64,000 bases of DNA from an uncultured Verrucomicrobiae bacterium (GTDB taxonomy: Bacteria; Verrucomicrobiota; Verrucomicrobiia; Chthoniobacterales; Chthoniobacteraceae): the NCBI GenBank assembly GCA_963836755.1, contig CAWIKF010000002.1, positions 2,176,001 through 2,240,000 of the forward strand, given 5' to 3'. Made by a program: the position numbers and the translations under genes. The notes beneath the pieces were generated by a model. It ran no database searches. It was not told the DNA's origin and saw nothing but the letters and a program-made list of their open reading frames with translations. Of the stretch, positions 20,126 to 30,863 are shown piece by piece (positions within the stretch are counted from its first letter, which is position 1; each line of letters starts with the position of its first letter).

Positions 20126-21979
20126 ATGAGCGAATCGAAAGGCCTTGCGCTCGCATGGCAGCAGAACGTGGTTTTTCGGTTCTTCGCGTCGCTGCGCCTC
20201 GCGATGCTTTTGCTAGGCGTCCTTATCGTGGCGACGGTCGCAGGCACGATCTACGAGTCGAGTTTTGATGCGAAAGTCGCCCGCGCCTATGTGTATGGCG
20301 CATCTTGGTTTAACATCTGGCTGCTGTTGCTCGCGCTGAATCTGACTGCGTCGGCATTGTCGCGAATGCCATGGAAAAGGCACCACACCGGGTTTCTCAT
20401 CACGCACTTAGGGATCATCATTCTGCTGATCGGCTCCTTCATTGGTCACATCTTCGGAGTCGAGGGCTCAATGACTCTTTTTAAAGGCGAACCGCCGCGG
20501 AACTTGCTTACAATGGATGAGCGCGTCCTGCAGATCGCTGAGAACGAAACTTCTGCACAGGTGGTGCCACTGGAATTTCTCAACCGCAAGCCTACTGCTG
20601 AACATCCGCGTCAGCTTGTGACAACTCCGTCAGGCTGGAGCTACCAAGCGATCGGTTATTCCTCTTCGCTGGAAGTCAAGACTGAGGCGCAGCCAGCCGC
20701 AAAAGATGGAGTGCCAGCAGTGCACATCATTCTCTCAACAGCGATGATGGGGCAGAAACTCGACTCATGGTTGATCGATGATGATGTCCACGGGACTTTT
20801 GACCTAGGTCTCGCGTCCCTTTCCTTGAAAAAAGGAACGGCGCCAGCCTCCTCGCTCCCAAAGACCGATGCGGTGGACATCGAAGAAAGTATCTTCGCCT
20901 TTGCAAATTCGCCAGCTGATCAGGTAGCCAAATCGCTGCAAGGCGGTAGCACCGGAGCAAAGGTCAAATTGATCGATGTAGCAAAGGGCAATTCTGGCAA
21001 AGTAGTGGTCCAGATCGGCACCGAGACGCAAAGCTTCGAGATAAGTCAATCGATGGGCAAGACCGCAAAGGTCGGCAGCTCGCCCTATAGCTTGACGATC
21101 GATCAATACTGGCCTGACTTTAGGATCAAGGACGGAAAGCCACTAACCCTCAGTGACCAACCGAACAACCCATGCATCCTTGTAACTCTACGAGGCCATG
21201 CGGTTCCTACACAACCCGTGGAAGATGAACATGCCACCGCAAAAAACTTTGTCGACATCTACCGCGATGATTCGGGTAAGTTGAGCTTCACCTTGTCGTC
21301 GCGCAAAGGCGGGGTGAGTCATGGAAGCTTGGAAGCAGGCAAGCCATTGGTGACAGGTTGGGCGGACTGGCAATTAGTCGTCGATCAAAACATCCCAAGC
21401 GCCATCTCCCACTTTGTCGCTCATCCCGCACCGAACGGAAAAGCAGAGGGGGTTCTAGTTCGGGCGAGTCACGCCGCAACCAGCGTGGAGCAATGGGTTC
21501 CCTTTGGCTGGCAGATCGCGATGCCGACTTCTCCCACTCCGATGGAAGTAGGTTATGGACTAAAGCAAAAGCCGTTGCCGATAAGTCTCCAACTGATGGA
21601 TTTCCAGGTGGAGCGCAATGAAGGCAGTGACTCACCCGCCGGCTTCAAGAGCACTCTCGAGATTACCAGCCAGGACGGCACCGTCGAGCATGGCCAGTGC
21701 TGGATGAACAATCCCATCAGCTTCCCCTCCTCATTGTTCAATACATTCACCGGATTGACCTATAAAATTTCGCAAGCTTCGTGGAACCCGGAGAACCTCT
21801 CCCAAAGCAGCGTGCAAATCTTACGAGACCCGGGCTGGGGCTTAAAATGGATCGGGTCGCTGCTCATCGTCGCAGGCATTTTCAATCTCTTTTATCTGCG
21901 GCCATATCCGAACGATATCAATCCGGCCGCACAAACTCGCGAGAGGGTTTCTTCCAAGCACGAGACTGTAGAAGTATGA
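20126..21979 (+). CDS. resB: Cytochrome c biogenesis protein ResB/CcsB (system II)
   Basis: FASLRLA, GFLITHLG, MNNP, YKISQAS, RDPG; coupled to ccsA. Confidence 0.85.
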   Translation: MSESKGLALAWQQNVVFRFFASLRLAMLLLGVLIVATVAGTIYESSFDAKVARAYVYGASWFNIWLLLLALNLTASALSRMPWKRHHTGFLITHLGIIILLIGSFIGHIFGVEGSMTLFKGEPPRNLLTMDERVLQIAENETSAQVVPLEFLNRKPTAEHPRQLVTTPSGWSYQAIGYSSSLEVKTEAQPAAKDGVPAVHIILSTAMMGQKLDSWLIDDDVHGTFDLGLASLSLKKGTAPASSLPKTDAVDIEESIFAFANSPADQVAKSLQGGSTGAKVKLIDVAKGNSGKVVVQIGTETQSFEISQSMGKTAKVGSSPYSLTIDQYWPDFRIKDGKPLTLSDQPNNPCILVTLRGHAVPTQPVEDEHATAKNFVDIYRDDSGKLSFTLSSRKGGVSHGSLEAGKPLVTGWADWQLVVDQNIPSAISHFVAHPAPNGKAEGVLVRASHAATSVEQWVPFGWQIAMPTSPTPMEVGYGLKQKPLPISLQLMDFQVERNEGSDSPAGFKSTLEITSQDGTVEHGQCWMNNPISFPSSLFNTFTGLTYKISQASWNPENLSQSSVQILRDPGWGLKWIGSLLIVAGIFNLFYLRPYPNDINPAAQTRERVSSKHETVEV

Positions 21980-23664
21980 CAATGATCAAACGTATTTTTC
22001 TCGCGCTGTTTCTTTTGTTTGTCACGACTCATGCCGTCTTGGCGGAAACGCTCGATTTTAATCAATGGGGACTACTAGCCATTCAAGACGGCGGCCGCCG
22101 CAAGCCTATCGATACTTTTTCCAAGGAAACCATCCTCCGGCTCACTGGAAAAAGCACCTATCTCAGCGGCACCACCACATGGACAGCGGACGACATCATC
22201 CTATCGATGCTATTGGAGACGCACGACTGGAAGAAGGAACCGATGATTCTCATCGGCTACAAGCCTTTGGTAGAAGAGATAGGCCTGGACGCTACGAGGA
22301 AGCTATTTTCCTTCACCGAAATCACGGCGGCTAACAAGCTTCTCGACATTGTGCGCAATGCGCAGGAAACGGAAAAGGCTGGGAAGGAAGTGCCGCGAAA
22401 TTTGAAGGAAGCTGAAAACGTGATGAACCGGCTCGAGTTATTCAACAAAGCTATCACGGGAGCAGCCTTCACGATCATTCCTCCGCGTCAGGAAGGCCGG
22501 TGGATGACACCTACTGAAATCGGCGACAGTTTCGGCGAAGATGTCGCGCGACCGGCGATGGACCAGCTTCGCGCTGTGGCAAACGCCTACGTCTCGCGCG
22601 ACAACTTTAACTTCAATGTCCACTCGAGCCAGCTTCGCCAGGCGTTGCGCCAGTTAAACCCTTCTCTCTATCCGAGCGATTCGAGCCTTAAGCTAGAGTA
22701 TTTCTACAATCATCTCAGCCCGTTTGATTGGGCAGTATTATTCTATGCTCTCGCCCTGCTCTGCCTCTGGATCGTGAATAGTTCACCGTCCTTCACGACT
22801 GTGCGCTATGCCGGACTTGCATTCGCAATCACTGGCGTCCTCTTTCACAGCGGGGGCATCGCCTTGCGTTGCATCATCGCCGGCAGACCACCTGTCACCA
22901 ACATGTTCGAGTCGGTGGTCTGGGTTTCCTTTGCAGTCATGGCTTTCGGCTTCGCCTTTTTTCTTCGCTATCGCACTTTGACTTACCTTCTTGCCGCGCT
23001 CCCGGTAAGTTTGCTTTGCCTTTTTGTAGTGCGGCAACTACCGGTCGCCATGCCGGAAAACATTGATCCGCTCGTGCCGGTGCTCCGGAGTAATTTCTGG
23101 CTGACCATTCACGTGCTGACGATCGCTTCAAGCTATGCCGCCTTCGGGCTGGCAATGGGCTTCGGACATATCGTCCTGTATCGATTCATCAAAAATCCGC
23201 AGGTCGCTGCGAACAACCAGACTCTGCACTTCTGGCTTTACCGAGTGCTGCAACTCGGAGTCCTTCTTCTCGCCGCCGGCACGATTCTCGGCGGAGTCTG
23301 GGCCAACTACAGCTGGGGGCGTTTCTGGGGTTGGGATCCAAAGGAGACTTGGGCATTGATTGCGCTGCTCTGCTACCTTTTCGTCCTTCACGGACGCATC
23401 GCTGGATGGTGGGATCAATTTGGTCTGGCGGTTTCAAGTGTCGTCTGCTTTTGCGCGGTTCTCATGACTTGGTATGGAGTCAATTTCATCCTCGGAAAAG
23501 GTCTGCATAGTTATGGCTTTGGCATTGGTGGCGAACGCTATGTCTATACCTTTGTTGCGCTGGACATGGCGTATGTCGGACTGGCATGCATCCGTTATCA
23601 TAAAGCAGGCAGGCCGCCGAAGTTCCCGCCGTTGCAAGGCGGTGAAATCGCCTTGGATCGCTAA
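21976..23664 (+). CDS. ccsA: Cytochrome c biogenesis protein CcsA
   Basis: WWD domain GGVWANYSWGRFWGWDPKETW, WLTIHV, GLHSY. Confidence 0.93.
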   Translation: MTMIKRIFLALFLLFVTTHAVLAETLDFNQWGLLAIQDGGRRKPIDTFSKETILRLTGKSTYLSGTTTWTADDIILSMLLETHDWKKEPMILIGYKPLVEEIGLDATRKLFSFTEITAANKLLDIVRNAQETEKAGKEVPRNLKEAENVMNRLELFNKAITGAAFTIIPPRQEGRWMTPTEIGDSFGEDVARPAMDQLRAVANAYVSRDNFNFNVHSSQLRQALRQLNPSLYPSDSSLKLEYFYNHLSPFDWAVLFYALALLCLWIVNSSPSFTTVRYAGLAFAITGVLFHSGGIALRCIIAGRPPVTNMFESVVWVSFAVMAFGFAFFLRYRTLTYLLAALPVSLLCLFVVRQLPVAMPENIDPLVPVLRSNFWLTIHVLTIASSYAAFGLAMGFGHIVLYRFIKNPQVAANNQTLHFWLYRVLQLGVLLLAAGTILGGVWANYSWGRFWGWDPKETWALIALLCYLFVLHGRIAGWWDQFGLAVSSVVCFCAVLMTWYGVNFILGKGLHSYGFGIGGERYVYTFVALDMAYVGLACIRYHKAGRPPKFPPLQGGEIALDR

Positions 23665-23679
23665 CAGAGCGCCGCGCCC

Positions 23680-24852
23680 TTAGATCGTATCGGGGTCGGA
23701 GACGAAACAGCGAGCCCAGACTGCGCGCATCGCAGCGGTCATGGACTTCGTAGAACTTTCCTTCTTCCCGCGCCGCCGCCTTGGGGCCGGACGATCCTTC
23801 AGTTCTTCCTGAAGCCGTTCGATGATGCCGCGCAGCAATTCGTTGTCCTGAACCAGTTCTGTCTGCGACGCCGAATCGCGCAGCGCCGAGAGCTTCAGTT
23901 GCAATTCGACTGTCTCGCGGCGAAGCAAATCGCGCTCCATTGCAGCAATGTGAAGTTTTTCCCGCGTGTCGTTGAGGACAGTTTGCACATCACGCAGCTC
24001 GGTTTCTACCCGCTGCCGCGCGGCTTTGGCGCTGAGCAAATCGGAAAGCTCATGATCCAGGCGCACCGCCTCAGCGAGGTGATCGCGCTCCTCCTTCGTC
24101 ACGGAAAAGCTAGTTTGCAAATGGCGAAACTCCGCACGCACGTCGACCAGTTCGGACGAGAGCTGCGCGTTTTCGGCCTGCAGCTCCCCAGACTCTTTCT
24201 GCGAGAGCTCCAGCTCATGCCGCACACGCTGCAAAATGATGTCGAGCTCGTTGCGCTCGCCGTGCGCGAGGTCGAGCTCCGTGCCGAGATCAGCCAGCGC
24301 CGCGCTTTTCTGGGCGAAATCGACGAGCAGGCTGTTGCGCTCCGCGTGCGCGACTTCCAACTGCTTTTGCTTTTGTGAAAGTTCCAGCTCGAGTTGTTGC
24401 GCGAAAACGTCGAGGCGATCGCGTTCCGCCGACATTTCTGTAAGCCGGTGCAATGCGTCCGCGGCCGCGGTTTGTGCCTGACGCAACTGAATGATCAGCG
24501 ACTCGCGTCCAGCCCGCTCCGTCGAGATTTCGAGCATCGAATTTTCCTGCTCGGTCTTCAGCACACGAAGTTCCTGCAGACTTTCCGCCAGCGCGATCTG
24601 CCGCTGCTCCGATTCGCGCTGCGTCTCAGCCAGCTCGGTTTTGGCGTTGTAAAGTTGGCGCTCGAGGTCGCTGGCGCGGTTGATCCACTTCGAAAGCTTC
24701 CTGCTTTCCTGAGCCTCGAGCTCGCCGCGCACCAGGAACGGGATTTGCAACGGGTGCGAGCAATGCGGACAATCGATTGTCAAGCCACCGCCCGTCTCCT
24801 CCACCACCAGCGGCTGCGCGCATGCGGGGCAATTGAAATGAACGTCCGACAT
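23680..24852 (-). CDS. Zinc-ribbon + long coiled-coil hypothetical protein
   Basis: CPAC...CPHC followed by ~300 aa of E/L/R/Q-rich heptads. Confidence 0.75.
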   Translation of the reverse strand: MSDVHFNCPACAQPLVVEETGGGLTIDCPHCSHPLQIPFLVRGELEAQESRKLSKWINRASDLERQLYNAKTELAETQRESEQRQIALAESLQELRVLKTEQENSMLEISTERAGRESLIIQLRQAQTAAADALHRLTEMSAERDRLDVFAQQLELELSQKQKQLEVAHAERNSLLVDFAQKSAALADLGTELDLAHGERNELDIILQRVRHELELSQKESGELQAENAQLSSELVDVRAEFRHLQTSFSVTKEERDHLAEAVRLDHELSDLLSAKAARQRVETELRDVQTVLNDTREKLHIAAMERDLLRRETVELQLKLSALRDSASQTELVQDNELLRGIIERLQEELKDRPAPRRRRGKKESSTKSMTAAMRAVWARCFVSDPDTI

Positions 24853-24957
24853 GGCCGTGGGATAAAGCCACATTCATTCCCGAAAAGCAACATTTTTCGT
24901 CCCGGAACGACACCGAGAAATTTGACAGCGGCCATTGCATTGCTACCCTCGCCGCAC

Positions 24958-25401
24958 ATGAAAAAAGTCATCGCCACGGTCGAGGCACCGAAGGCTGTCG
25001 GCCCATATTCGCAGGCGATCGCCATCGAAGGACTGCTCTTCTGCGCCGGTCAAATCCCGCTCGTCCCAACGACTGGTGAGCTCGTCGCCGCCGACGTCAC
25101 CGCGCAAACAACGCAGGTTTTGGAAAATCTCGGCGCCGTGCTACGCGCGAATGGAATGACTTACGCGAACGTCGTTAAAACGACTGTTTTTCTCACCGAC
25201 CTCGCCGACTTTGCCGCCATGAATGATGTTTACCGGATTTATTTTCCGGAACAGCCGCCGGCGCGTTCCACCATTCAAGTCGCGGCGCTTCCGAAAAATG
25301 CACAGGTCGAAATCGAAGCCATCGCCGCGGTCGGAATGGCACCGAAGTCGGAGTCAATGTTCGGCGCACCGACGGACATCTCGCCTGCCTCGCCGTTGTG
25401 A
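24958..25401 (+). CDS. ridA: RidA family reactive-intermediate deaminase
   Basis: APKAVGPYSQA, GQIP, PARSTIQVAALP, VEIEAIA. Confidence 0.92.
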   Translation: MKKVIATVEAPKAVGPYSQAIAIEGLLFCAGQIPLVPTTGELVAADVTAQTTQVLENLGAVLRANGMTYANVVKTTVFLTDLADFAAMNDVYRIYFPEQPPARSTIQVAALPKNAQVEIEAIAAVGMAPKSESMFGAPTDISPASPL

Positions 25402-25967
25402 CGCAGGACGAAATTGCCGCGCTTTTTCGCGAGACGAACGCTTTGCTCGACGGGCATTTCGTTCTCCGGTCCGGCTTGCACAGCCGACAGTTTTTTCAAT
25501 GTGCGATACTTTTGCAGCATACTCGCATCGCCGAGCGCGTTTGCGCAGAGCTCGCTGAAAAATTGCGCGGCGTCGATTGTGACAGCGTGATTTCACCTGC
25601 GCTCGGCGGCATCATCGTCGGTCACGAAGTCGCGCGCACACTCGGCAGGCGCCACATCTTTGCGGAAAAAGAAGACGGCAAACTTGTGCTGCGTCGCGGA
25701 TTTGAAATCGGCCCGGGCGAAAAATTCGTCGTCGCCGAAGACGTCGTCACTCGCGGCGGCCGCGTGCAGGAGACGATTGACATCGTCCGCGCACACGGCG
25801 GCGTGGTGACCGCGGTCGGCGTGCTGGTGGATCGCAGCGGCGGGAATTCTCCGGACTTCGGCTGCCCGTTCGTTTCGCTTGTTCAACTCAATGTTGAGAC
25901 CTTCGCGGCGGATCAGCTTCCGCCCGATCTCGCTGGCACTCCCGCGATCAAGCCCGGCAGCAAATAA
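25398..25967 (+). CDS. pyrE: Orotate phosphoribosyltransferase
   Basis: GHFVLRSGLHS, VVAEDVVTRGG (PRPP-binding), LVDRS. Confidence 0.93.
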   Translation: MTQDEIAALFRETNALLDGHFVLRSGLHSRQFFQCAILLQHTRIAERVCAELAEKLRGVDCDSVISPALGGIIVGHEVARTLGRRHIFAEKEDGKLVLRRGFEIGPGEKFVVAEDVVTRGGRVQETIDIVRAHGGVVTAVGVLVDRSGGNSPDFGCPFVSLVQLNVETFAADQLPPDLAGTPAIKPGSK

Positions 25968-26009
25968 GAAATCAGCAATGGCGCGTCGCCGCCATCTAGC
26001 CTACAAGCC

Positions 26010-27710
26010 ATGATGCAAAAGAAACTTTTCACCGAGCTCGGCCTTTCCCCTGAGCTGCTCAAGGCCATCGATCGCGTCGGTTACGAGGAAGCTTCGCCGA
26101 TCCAGTCGGAGGCGATTCCTCATCTCCTCGCCGGTCACGACGTCGTCGGCCAGTCGCAAACCGGCTCCGGCAAAACCGCCGCTTTCGCCATTCCCGCGAT
26201 TGAAAAAGTGGACGCAAATCTGCGCGCGCCGCAGGTGATTATTCTTTGCCCGACGCGCGAACTCGCGGTGCAGGTCGCGGAAGAAGTGGCAAAGCTCGCG
26301 GCCTTCAAACGCGGCGTGCGCGAGCTGCCGATCTACGGCGGCCAAAGTTACGAGCGGCAATTCCGCGGCTTGCACGCGGGCGCGCAAATCATCATCGGCA
26401 CGCCGGGCCGCGTAATGGATCATCTCGAGCGCAAAAGTCTAAAACTGGATCAAGTGCGCATGGTCATTCTCGACGAGGCCGATCGCATGCTCGACATGGG
26501 ATTTCTCGACGACATCAAAACGATCCTCAGCCACGCGCCCTCCGAGCGGCAGACCGTGCTTTTTTCCGCGACGATTCCGCCGCCAATCGCGCAGCTCATC
26601 AAAACTTTTACGCGCAATCCGGTGAACGTCCGCATCAAGGAAGAAGCGCTCACCGTCGTCGCGATCGAGCAGGTTTATTACGAGGTGGATCGGCGATCAA
26701 AACTCGAGGTGCTCTGCCGCCTGATCGATCTCGAGGACATCAAATTCGCGCTCATTTTTTGCGCGACAAAAATGATGGTCGATGAGCTGACGGAGCATTT
26801 GATCGTGCGCGGCTATTCCGCCGACAAACTTCACGGCGACATCGCGCAGGCGGCGCGCGAGCGAGTGATGGGAAAATTCCGCAAGCGCGCGTTCGAATTT
26901 CTCGTCGCGACGGATGTCGCTGCGCGCGGGCTCGACGTCGATGACATCGAAGTCGTCTTCAATTACGACCTGCCGCACGATGGCGAAGATTACGTCCACC
27001 GCATCGGCCGCACCGGCCGCGCGGGCCGCTCCGGACGCGCGATCACGTTTGTCGCCGGCCGCGAAATTTACAAACTGCAAAACATCATCCGCTTTACGAA
27101 AGGCCGGATCAAACGCGGCAAGGTGCCGTCGGCTGATGAAGTGGAGGAAAAGCGGACAAATGTTTTCTTCGAATCGCTGCAACAAACTTTGGAGGGCGGT
27201 GAATTCAAGCGCCACGATGCGCTCATCGATCGACTGCTCGACCAGGGTCACGCGCCGACCGACATTGCGAATGCGCTAATTCATTTGTTGAATGCCGACA
27301 AGGCGCGCAGCGGCGAAAAAATTCCCGAGGACAGCCCGCTGCCGCAGCGCAATTATCCGAAATACGAACCTCTCTCGCGTGAGCGTGAGCGCGGTTCGCG
27401 GAATGGCGAGTCGCGCGCGCCGCGCCGTCGCGAGCGTGCTCTCAGCGCCGAGCCGGGAATGGTTTCGCACGAAGCTGGAATGATCCGCCTTTCATTAAAC
27501 CTTGGCCGCGAGCATCAGATCGGGCCGGGCGATGTGGTCGGCGTCATTCTGGGTGCCGTCAAAATTCCAAAGGAAAGCATCGGCGCCATCCATTTGATGC
27601 CGAAGCAAACGCTCGTCGACGTCGCCGAAGATCACGCCGCGCGCGTTTTGGAAAAACTCAACGGCATCAAATTCAAAGGACGCAAACTCGCGATCCAGCC
27701 GGCTGCATAA
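26010..27710 (+). CDS. deaD: DEAD-box RNA helicase with DbpA-type RNA-binding domain
   Basis: QTGSGKT, PTRELA, DEAD, SAT, HRIGRTGR; C-terminal RNA-binding domain. Confidence 0.9.
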   Translation: MMQKKLFTELGLSPELLKAIDRVGYEEASPIQSEAIPHLLAGHDVVGQSQTGSGKTAAFAIPAIEKVDANLRAPQVIILCPTRELAVQVAEEVAKLAAFKRGVRELPIYGGQSYERQFRGLHAGAQIIIGTPGRVMDHLERKSLKLDQVRMVILDEADRMLDMGFLDDIKTILSHAPSERQTVLFSATIPPPIAQLIKTFTRNPVNVRIKEEALTVVAIEQVYYEVDRRSKLEVLCRLIDLEDIKFALIFCATKMMVDELTEHLIVRGYSADKLHGDIAQAARERVMGKFRKRAFEFLVATDVAARGLDVDDIEVVFNYDLPHDGEDYVHRIGRTGRAGRSGRAITFVAGREIYKLQNIIRFTKGRIKRGKVPSADEVEEKRTNVFFESLQQTLEGGEFKRHDALIDRLLDQGHAPTDIANALIHLLNADKARSGEKIPEDSPLPQRNYPKYEPLSRERERGSRNGESRAPRRRERALSAEPGMVSHEAGMIRLSLNLGREHQIGPGDVVGVILGAVKIPKESIGAIHLMPKQTLVDVAEDHAARVLEKLNGIKFKGRKLAIQPAA

Positions 27711-27721
27711 ACCGCGCGTGC

Positions 27722-27759
27722 GCAAAAAAAAGGCGACGCCGAAGCGTCGCCTTTTTTGC
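27722..27759. terminator. Bidirectional intrinsic terminator
   Basis: A-tract, GGCGACGC-cgaa-GCGTCGCC, T-tract, between convergent deaD and rpsI. Confidence 0.9.
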
Positions 27760-27770
27760 AGGAAACGCTC

Positions 27771-28160
27771 TTAGCGTTTCGAGAATTGGAAGCGTTTGCG
27801 AGCGCCGGGCTGACCCGACTTTTTCCGCTCTTTCATCCGCGAATCGCGCGTCAACAGGCCTTCCTGCTTGAGCGGCAACCGCAAATTTTCATCGGTCTGC
27901 AGAAGTGCCCGCGCGATCGCGAGCCGCACCGCACCGGCCTGGCCGTTCGAGCCGCCGCCATGCGCGTTGACCGAGAGATCGTAAGCGTTCGTGATTTTCG
28001 CAACCTGCATCGGCGCGAGGATCACGTTTTGCAGCGACTGCGTGGGAAAATATTCCTCGAAGCTCTTGCCGTTGACTTCGATTTTGCCGGTGCCCGGCGT
28101 CATGCGAATGCGCGCGACGGCGGTTTTGCGACGACCTGTGGCGATGATTTCTTCTGCCAT
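27771..28160 (-). CDS. rpsI: 30S ribosomal protein S9
   Basis: TGRRKTAVAR, GGGSNGQAGA, RKRFQFSKR. Confidence 0.98.
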   Translation of the reverse strand: MAEEIIATGRRKTAVARIRMTPGTGKIEVNGKSFEEYFPTQSLQNVILAPMQVAKITNAYDLSVNAHGGGSNGQAGAVRLAIARALLQTDENLRLPLKQEGLLTRDSRMKERKKSGQPGARKRFQFSKR

Positions 28161-28184
28161 GATTTTAACTTTTAGTTCTGAAAT

Positions 28185-28616
28185 TTAGACAACCGTCGCC
28201 GCCGTCGGATTCTGCGCGATGTGCGGATGCGTGTCGCCGGCGTAAACTTTGAGCTTCGTGTAAATGGAACGGCCGAGGCGATTGTGCGGGATCATGCCGC
28301 GCACCGCGTGCTCGATAAGCATCTCGGGACGGCGCTCGCGGCGCGCCTTGAACGTTTCGGATTTATGTCCGCCGACGAAGCCCGAAAAGCTCATGTAAGT
28401 TTTCGCCACCTCTTTTTTGCCAGTCACGCGAACTTTGCCGGCATTGATCACGACCACAAAATCGCCCGTGTCGCAATGCGGTGTGAAAATCGCCTTGTGC
28501 TTGCCGCGCAGGAGCGTCGCGGCTCTCACGGCGACGCGGCCGAGCACCTGGTCCTTGGCGTCGATCACCCACCATTTGCGGTCCACTTCATTGGCTTTTG
28601 CTGAAAATGTCTTCAT
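28185..28616 (-). CDS. rplM: 50S ribosomal protein L13
   Basis: WWVIDA, LRGKHK, DTGDFVVVINA, KLKVYAG. Confidence 0.98.
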   Translation of the reverse strand: MKTFSAKANEVDRKWWVIDAKDQVLGRVAVRAATLLRGKHKAIFTPHCDTGDFVVVINAGKVRVTGKKEVAKTYMSFSGFVGGHKSETFKARRERRPEMLIEHAVRGMIPHNRLGRSIYTKLKVYAGDTHPHIAQNPTAATVV

Positions 28617-28758
28617 GTCTGCTTTGCGGAAAGGGTGGAAAAATTAGAGGACGCTCCCGGCGGTGTCAAACTCTTTGTCGCACGTTTTTCGCCGCGCCGG
28701 CAAAGATGGATTGTTAAACAGCCGGCAACGCATAGTCTCGCCCCGGCGGATCGAGGTC

Positions 28759-29697
28759 ATGCGGAAATTTTTCCCGGAAAAGTTGGGCGGGCGGCAGGGT
28801 GGAACTTCCCCGCGTGACGATGGACTCGCCCGCGCCCTCGTCTCCTCGCCGCTCTTTCGCGATTACGCCCGCGGCATCACCGCACTGCTGAGCCTGCCGC
28901 TATCACTCCACGCGCCGGCGCGCAACGGCTCGCCGCGGTTCGCGCAAAACGGAAACTTCTTCTGCGGACTCTTGTCAAAAACGAGCGGCGGCTGCGGCCA
29001 GTGCATGGCGTTTCAACAAAAACCCGATCGCAACCAACCCGCGCCCGCGCCATCACCCTGCCCGGCCGGCCTCGGCGAAATCATCGTCCCCGTGCACCAT
29101 TGCGGCCGGCTCATCGCATCGCTCCACATCGGGCGCGTTCGTCTGCAACCCGCGCGCAAAGGCGACTTCCAGCGCCTCGCGAAACAATTCGCGCCGCTCG
29201 CCGCCGATCTCGATTTGCAAAAAGCCGAGGCCGCATGGCTGCGCACGCCGATTCTCACCCCTGCCCAATCCGCCGCGGTCCTCAGCATGCTCACCATCTT
29301 TGCCGCGCATCTCAGCCTCCACGCCGCACAACTCATGCGACGGAGCCCTCCGCGCGAACCGGAGACAATCACCCGCGCCCGCGGCCACATCGCCGCGCAC
29401 TTCACCGAAGAACTTCCCATGCCCGCCGTCGCCCGCGCCGTCGGCATGAGCGCGAACCATTTCAGCGAAAAATTCAAGCAATCCACCGGCCTCGACTTCA
29501 CCCGCTACCTAGCCCGCGCCCGCATCGACCACGCGCTCGAGCTCCTTCTCGACCCGCACCGGCGCATCAGCGAAATCGCCTTCGCCTCCGGCTTCCAGTC
29601 CCTCTCCCAATTCAACCGCACCTTCAAGAAACTCACCGGCCACTCGCCGTCCGAGCATAGGGCCGCACTCGCGGGTTCAATGCCCGCTATTGGATAA
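28759..29697 (+). CDS. AraC-family regulator with PocR-like sensor domain
   Basis: N-terminal FCG...C...CPAGL; C-terminal ISEIAFASGFQSLSQFNRTFKK; start uncertain. Confidence 0.82.
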   Translation: MRKFFPEKLGGRQGGTSPRDDGLARALVSSPLFRDYARGITALLSLPLSLHAPARNGSPRFAQNGNFFCGLLSKTSGGCGQCMAFQQKPDRNQPAPAPSPCPAGLGEIIVPVHHCGRLIASLHIGRVRLQPARKGDFQRLAKQFAPLAADLDLQKAEAAWLRTPILTPAQSAAVLSMLTIFAAHLSLHAAQLMRRSPPREPETITRARGHIAAHFTEELPMPAVARAVGMSANHFSEKFKQSTGLDFTRYLARARIDHALELLLDPHRRISEIAFASGFQSLSQFNRTFKKLTGHSPSEHRAALAGSMPAIG

Positions 29698-30170
29698 CAT
29701 CTTGTCACGCCACCGCCGCACGCTGCTCAGGTCCAGCCGTTCGCCTTTGAACTCGATCTGCTTCACCGGCTTCGTCCCGTTCGCGCTTGCGCGCTGGAGC
29801 ACGCTCGATATTTCCATCCAGCGCACCTCGGCGAATTCCAGCTTGTCCTTGCCGATCGCCCGCTCGTCGTCCTCCGAGACCGTGCCGATCACCAGCATCA
29901 CCGGATGCGGCTGCTGGAGCCAGTATTCCACCCAGCGCGGCTTCTTGATCGTAAAATCTCCGCGCCGTCGGTCTTGCGCTTCGTGAGGTCGGAATTGCCC
30001 GACTTCAGTTGCAGATAGAGCCGGCGCCCCGTGCCTTCGCCGTCGTCGTTGGTGAATTCCAACTCCATATCCAGCCCCTCGTCCTCCGTGGCCGGAATCT
30101 CGAAGCATTTCTGATCGGCGCTGGTGATGCGCGCTCCCACCTCCAGCGCCAGCAGCTTCCCGCGTCGGCG
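29677..30170 (-). pseudogene. DUF4365-like (PD-(D/E)xK-like) C-terminal fragment, frameshifted and 5'-truncated
   Basis: DEGLDMELEF...LYLQLKSG...DGAEI continues as FTIKKPRWVEYWLQQPHPVMLVI after a one-base loss in the run at 29953-29956. Confidence 0.75.
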
Positions 30171-30205
30171 GGTAACTTCTCCGGTTCGGGCCAAAGGCCC
30201 GTCAA

Positions 30206-30287
30206 CAAGCCAGCCCAGGGCAAGCGAGGAACGAGCGCCGCCCTGGGTCCACGTCACACCGACAAGAAGCCCCGACGGGGCGGAACA
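30206..30287. repeat. REP-like left arm flanking tnpA
   Basis: 30206-30247 is the exact reverse complement of 30822-30863; 30268-30287 matches 30781-30800 with 2 mismatches; internal hairpins. Confidence 0.88.
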
Positions 30288-30311
30288 ACCGCCAACGCCG
30301 ACAATGGCAGT

Positions 30312-30767
30312 TCAGTCCCAAACATAGCGTTCGTCGATCTCCATGCCGTGCTTGTGGCAAAGCGCCCGAAACTCGTCTTGGAACGACACCTTTCGATGAT
30401 GTTCCTCCTGCGTCGCGATGTAAGCGCGAACCTGCTCGACGTTCGATTGGCTGACGGAGAACGCGCCATATCCACCCTGCCAGTAGAAGTCGCTATAGGC
30501 AGGCCCCTGTTCCTTCATCCATCTCGAGGGAGTCTTCTTCACCTCTTCAACCAACCTCGCAATGGTGATAGTGCGGGACAGGTTGCAGAGAATATGAACG
30601 TGATCCTCGGTGCCATTGATGAGGATCGGCTCGCACTCAATGCCTTGCAGGATGCCAGCCATATAGGCGTGCAGCCGGGCGCGGAGTTCCGGGTCTCTAA
30701 GAAAAGGGACGCGGTTCTTCGCGCTGAAGACAACATGCAGGACGACGCGGGCCAGGGATTGCGGCAT
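30312..30767 (-). mobile_element. tnpA: IS200/IS605-type Y1 (HUH) transposase, REP-associated
   Basis: HVVFSAKNR, HUH motif DHVH, WQGGYGAFSVS, YIATQEEHH. Confidence 0.92.
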
Positions 30768-30780
30768 AACGGAGGGAGAT

Positions 30781-30863
30781 TGTTACGCCCCGTTGGGGCT
30801 TTGCCATTCTTTGTTTCCAGCCCCAGGGCGGCGCTCGTTCCTCGCTTGCCCTGGGCTGGCTTG
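30781..30863. repeat. REP-like right arm flanking tnpA
   Basis: Inverted copy of the left arm; contains GCCCCgttGGGGC and CCCAGGGC...GCCCTGGG hairpins. Confidence 0.88.
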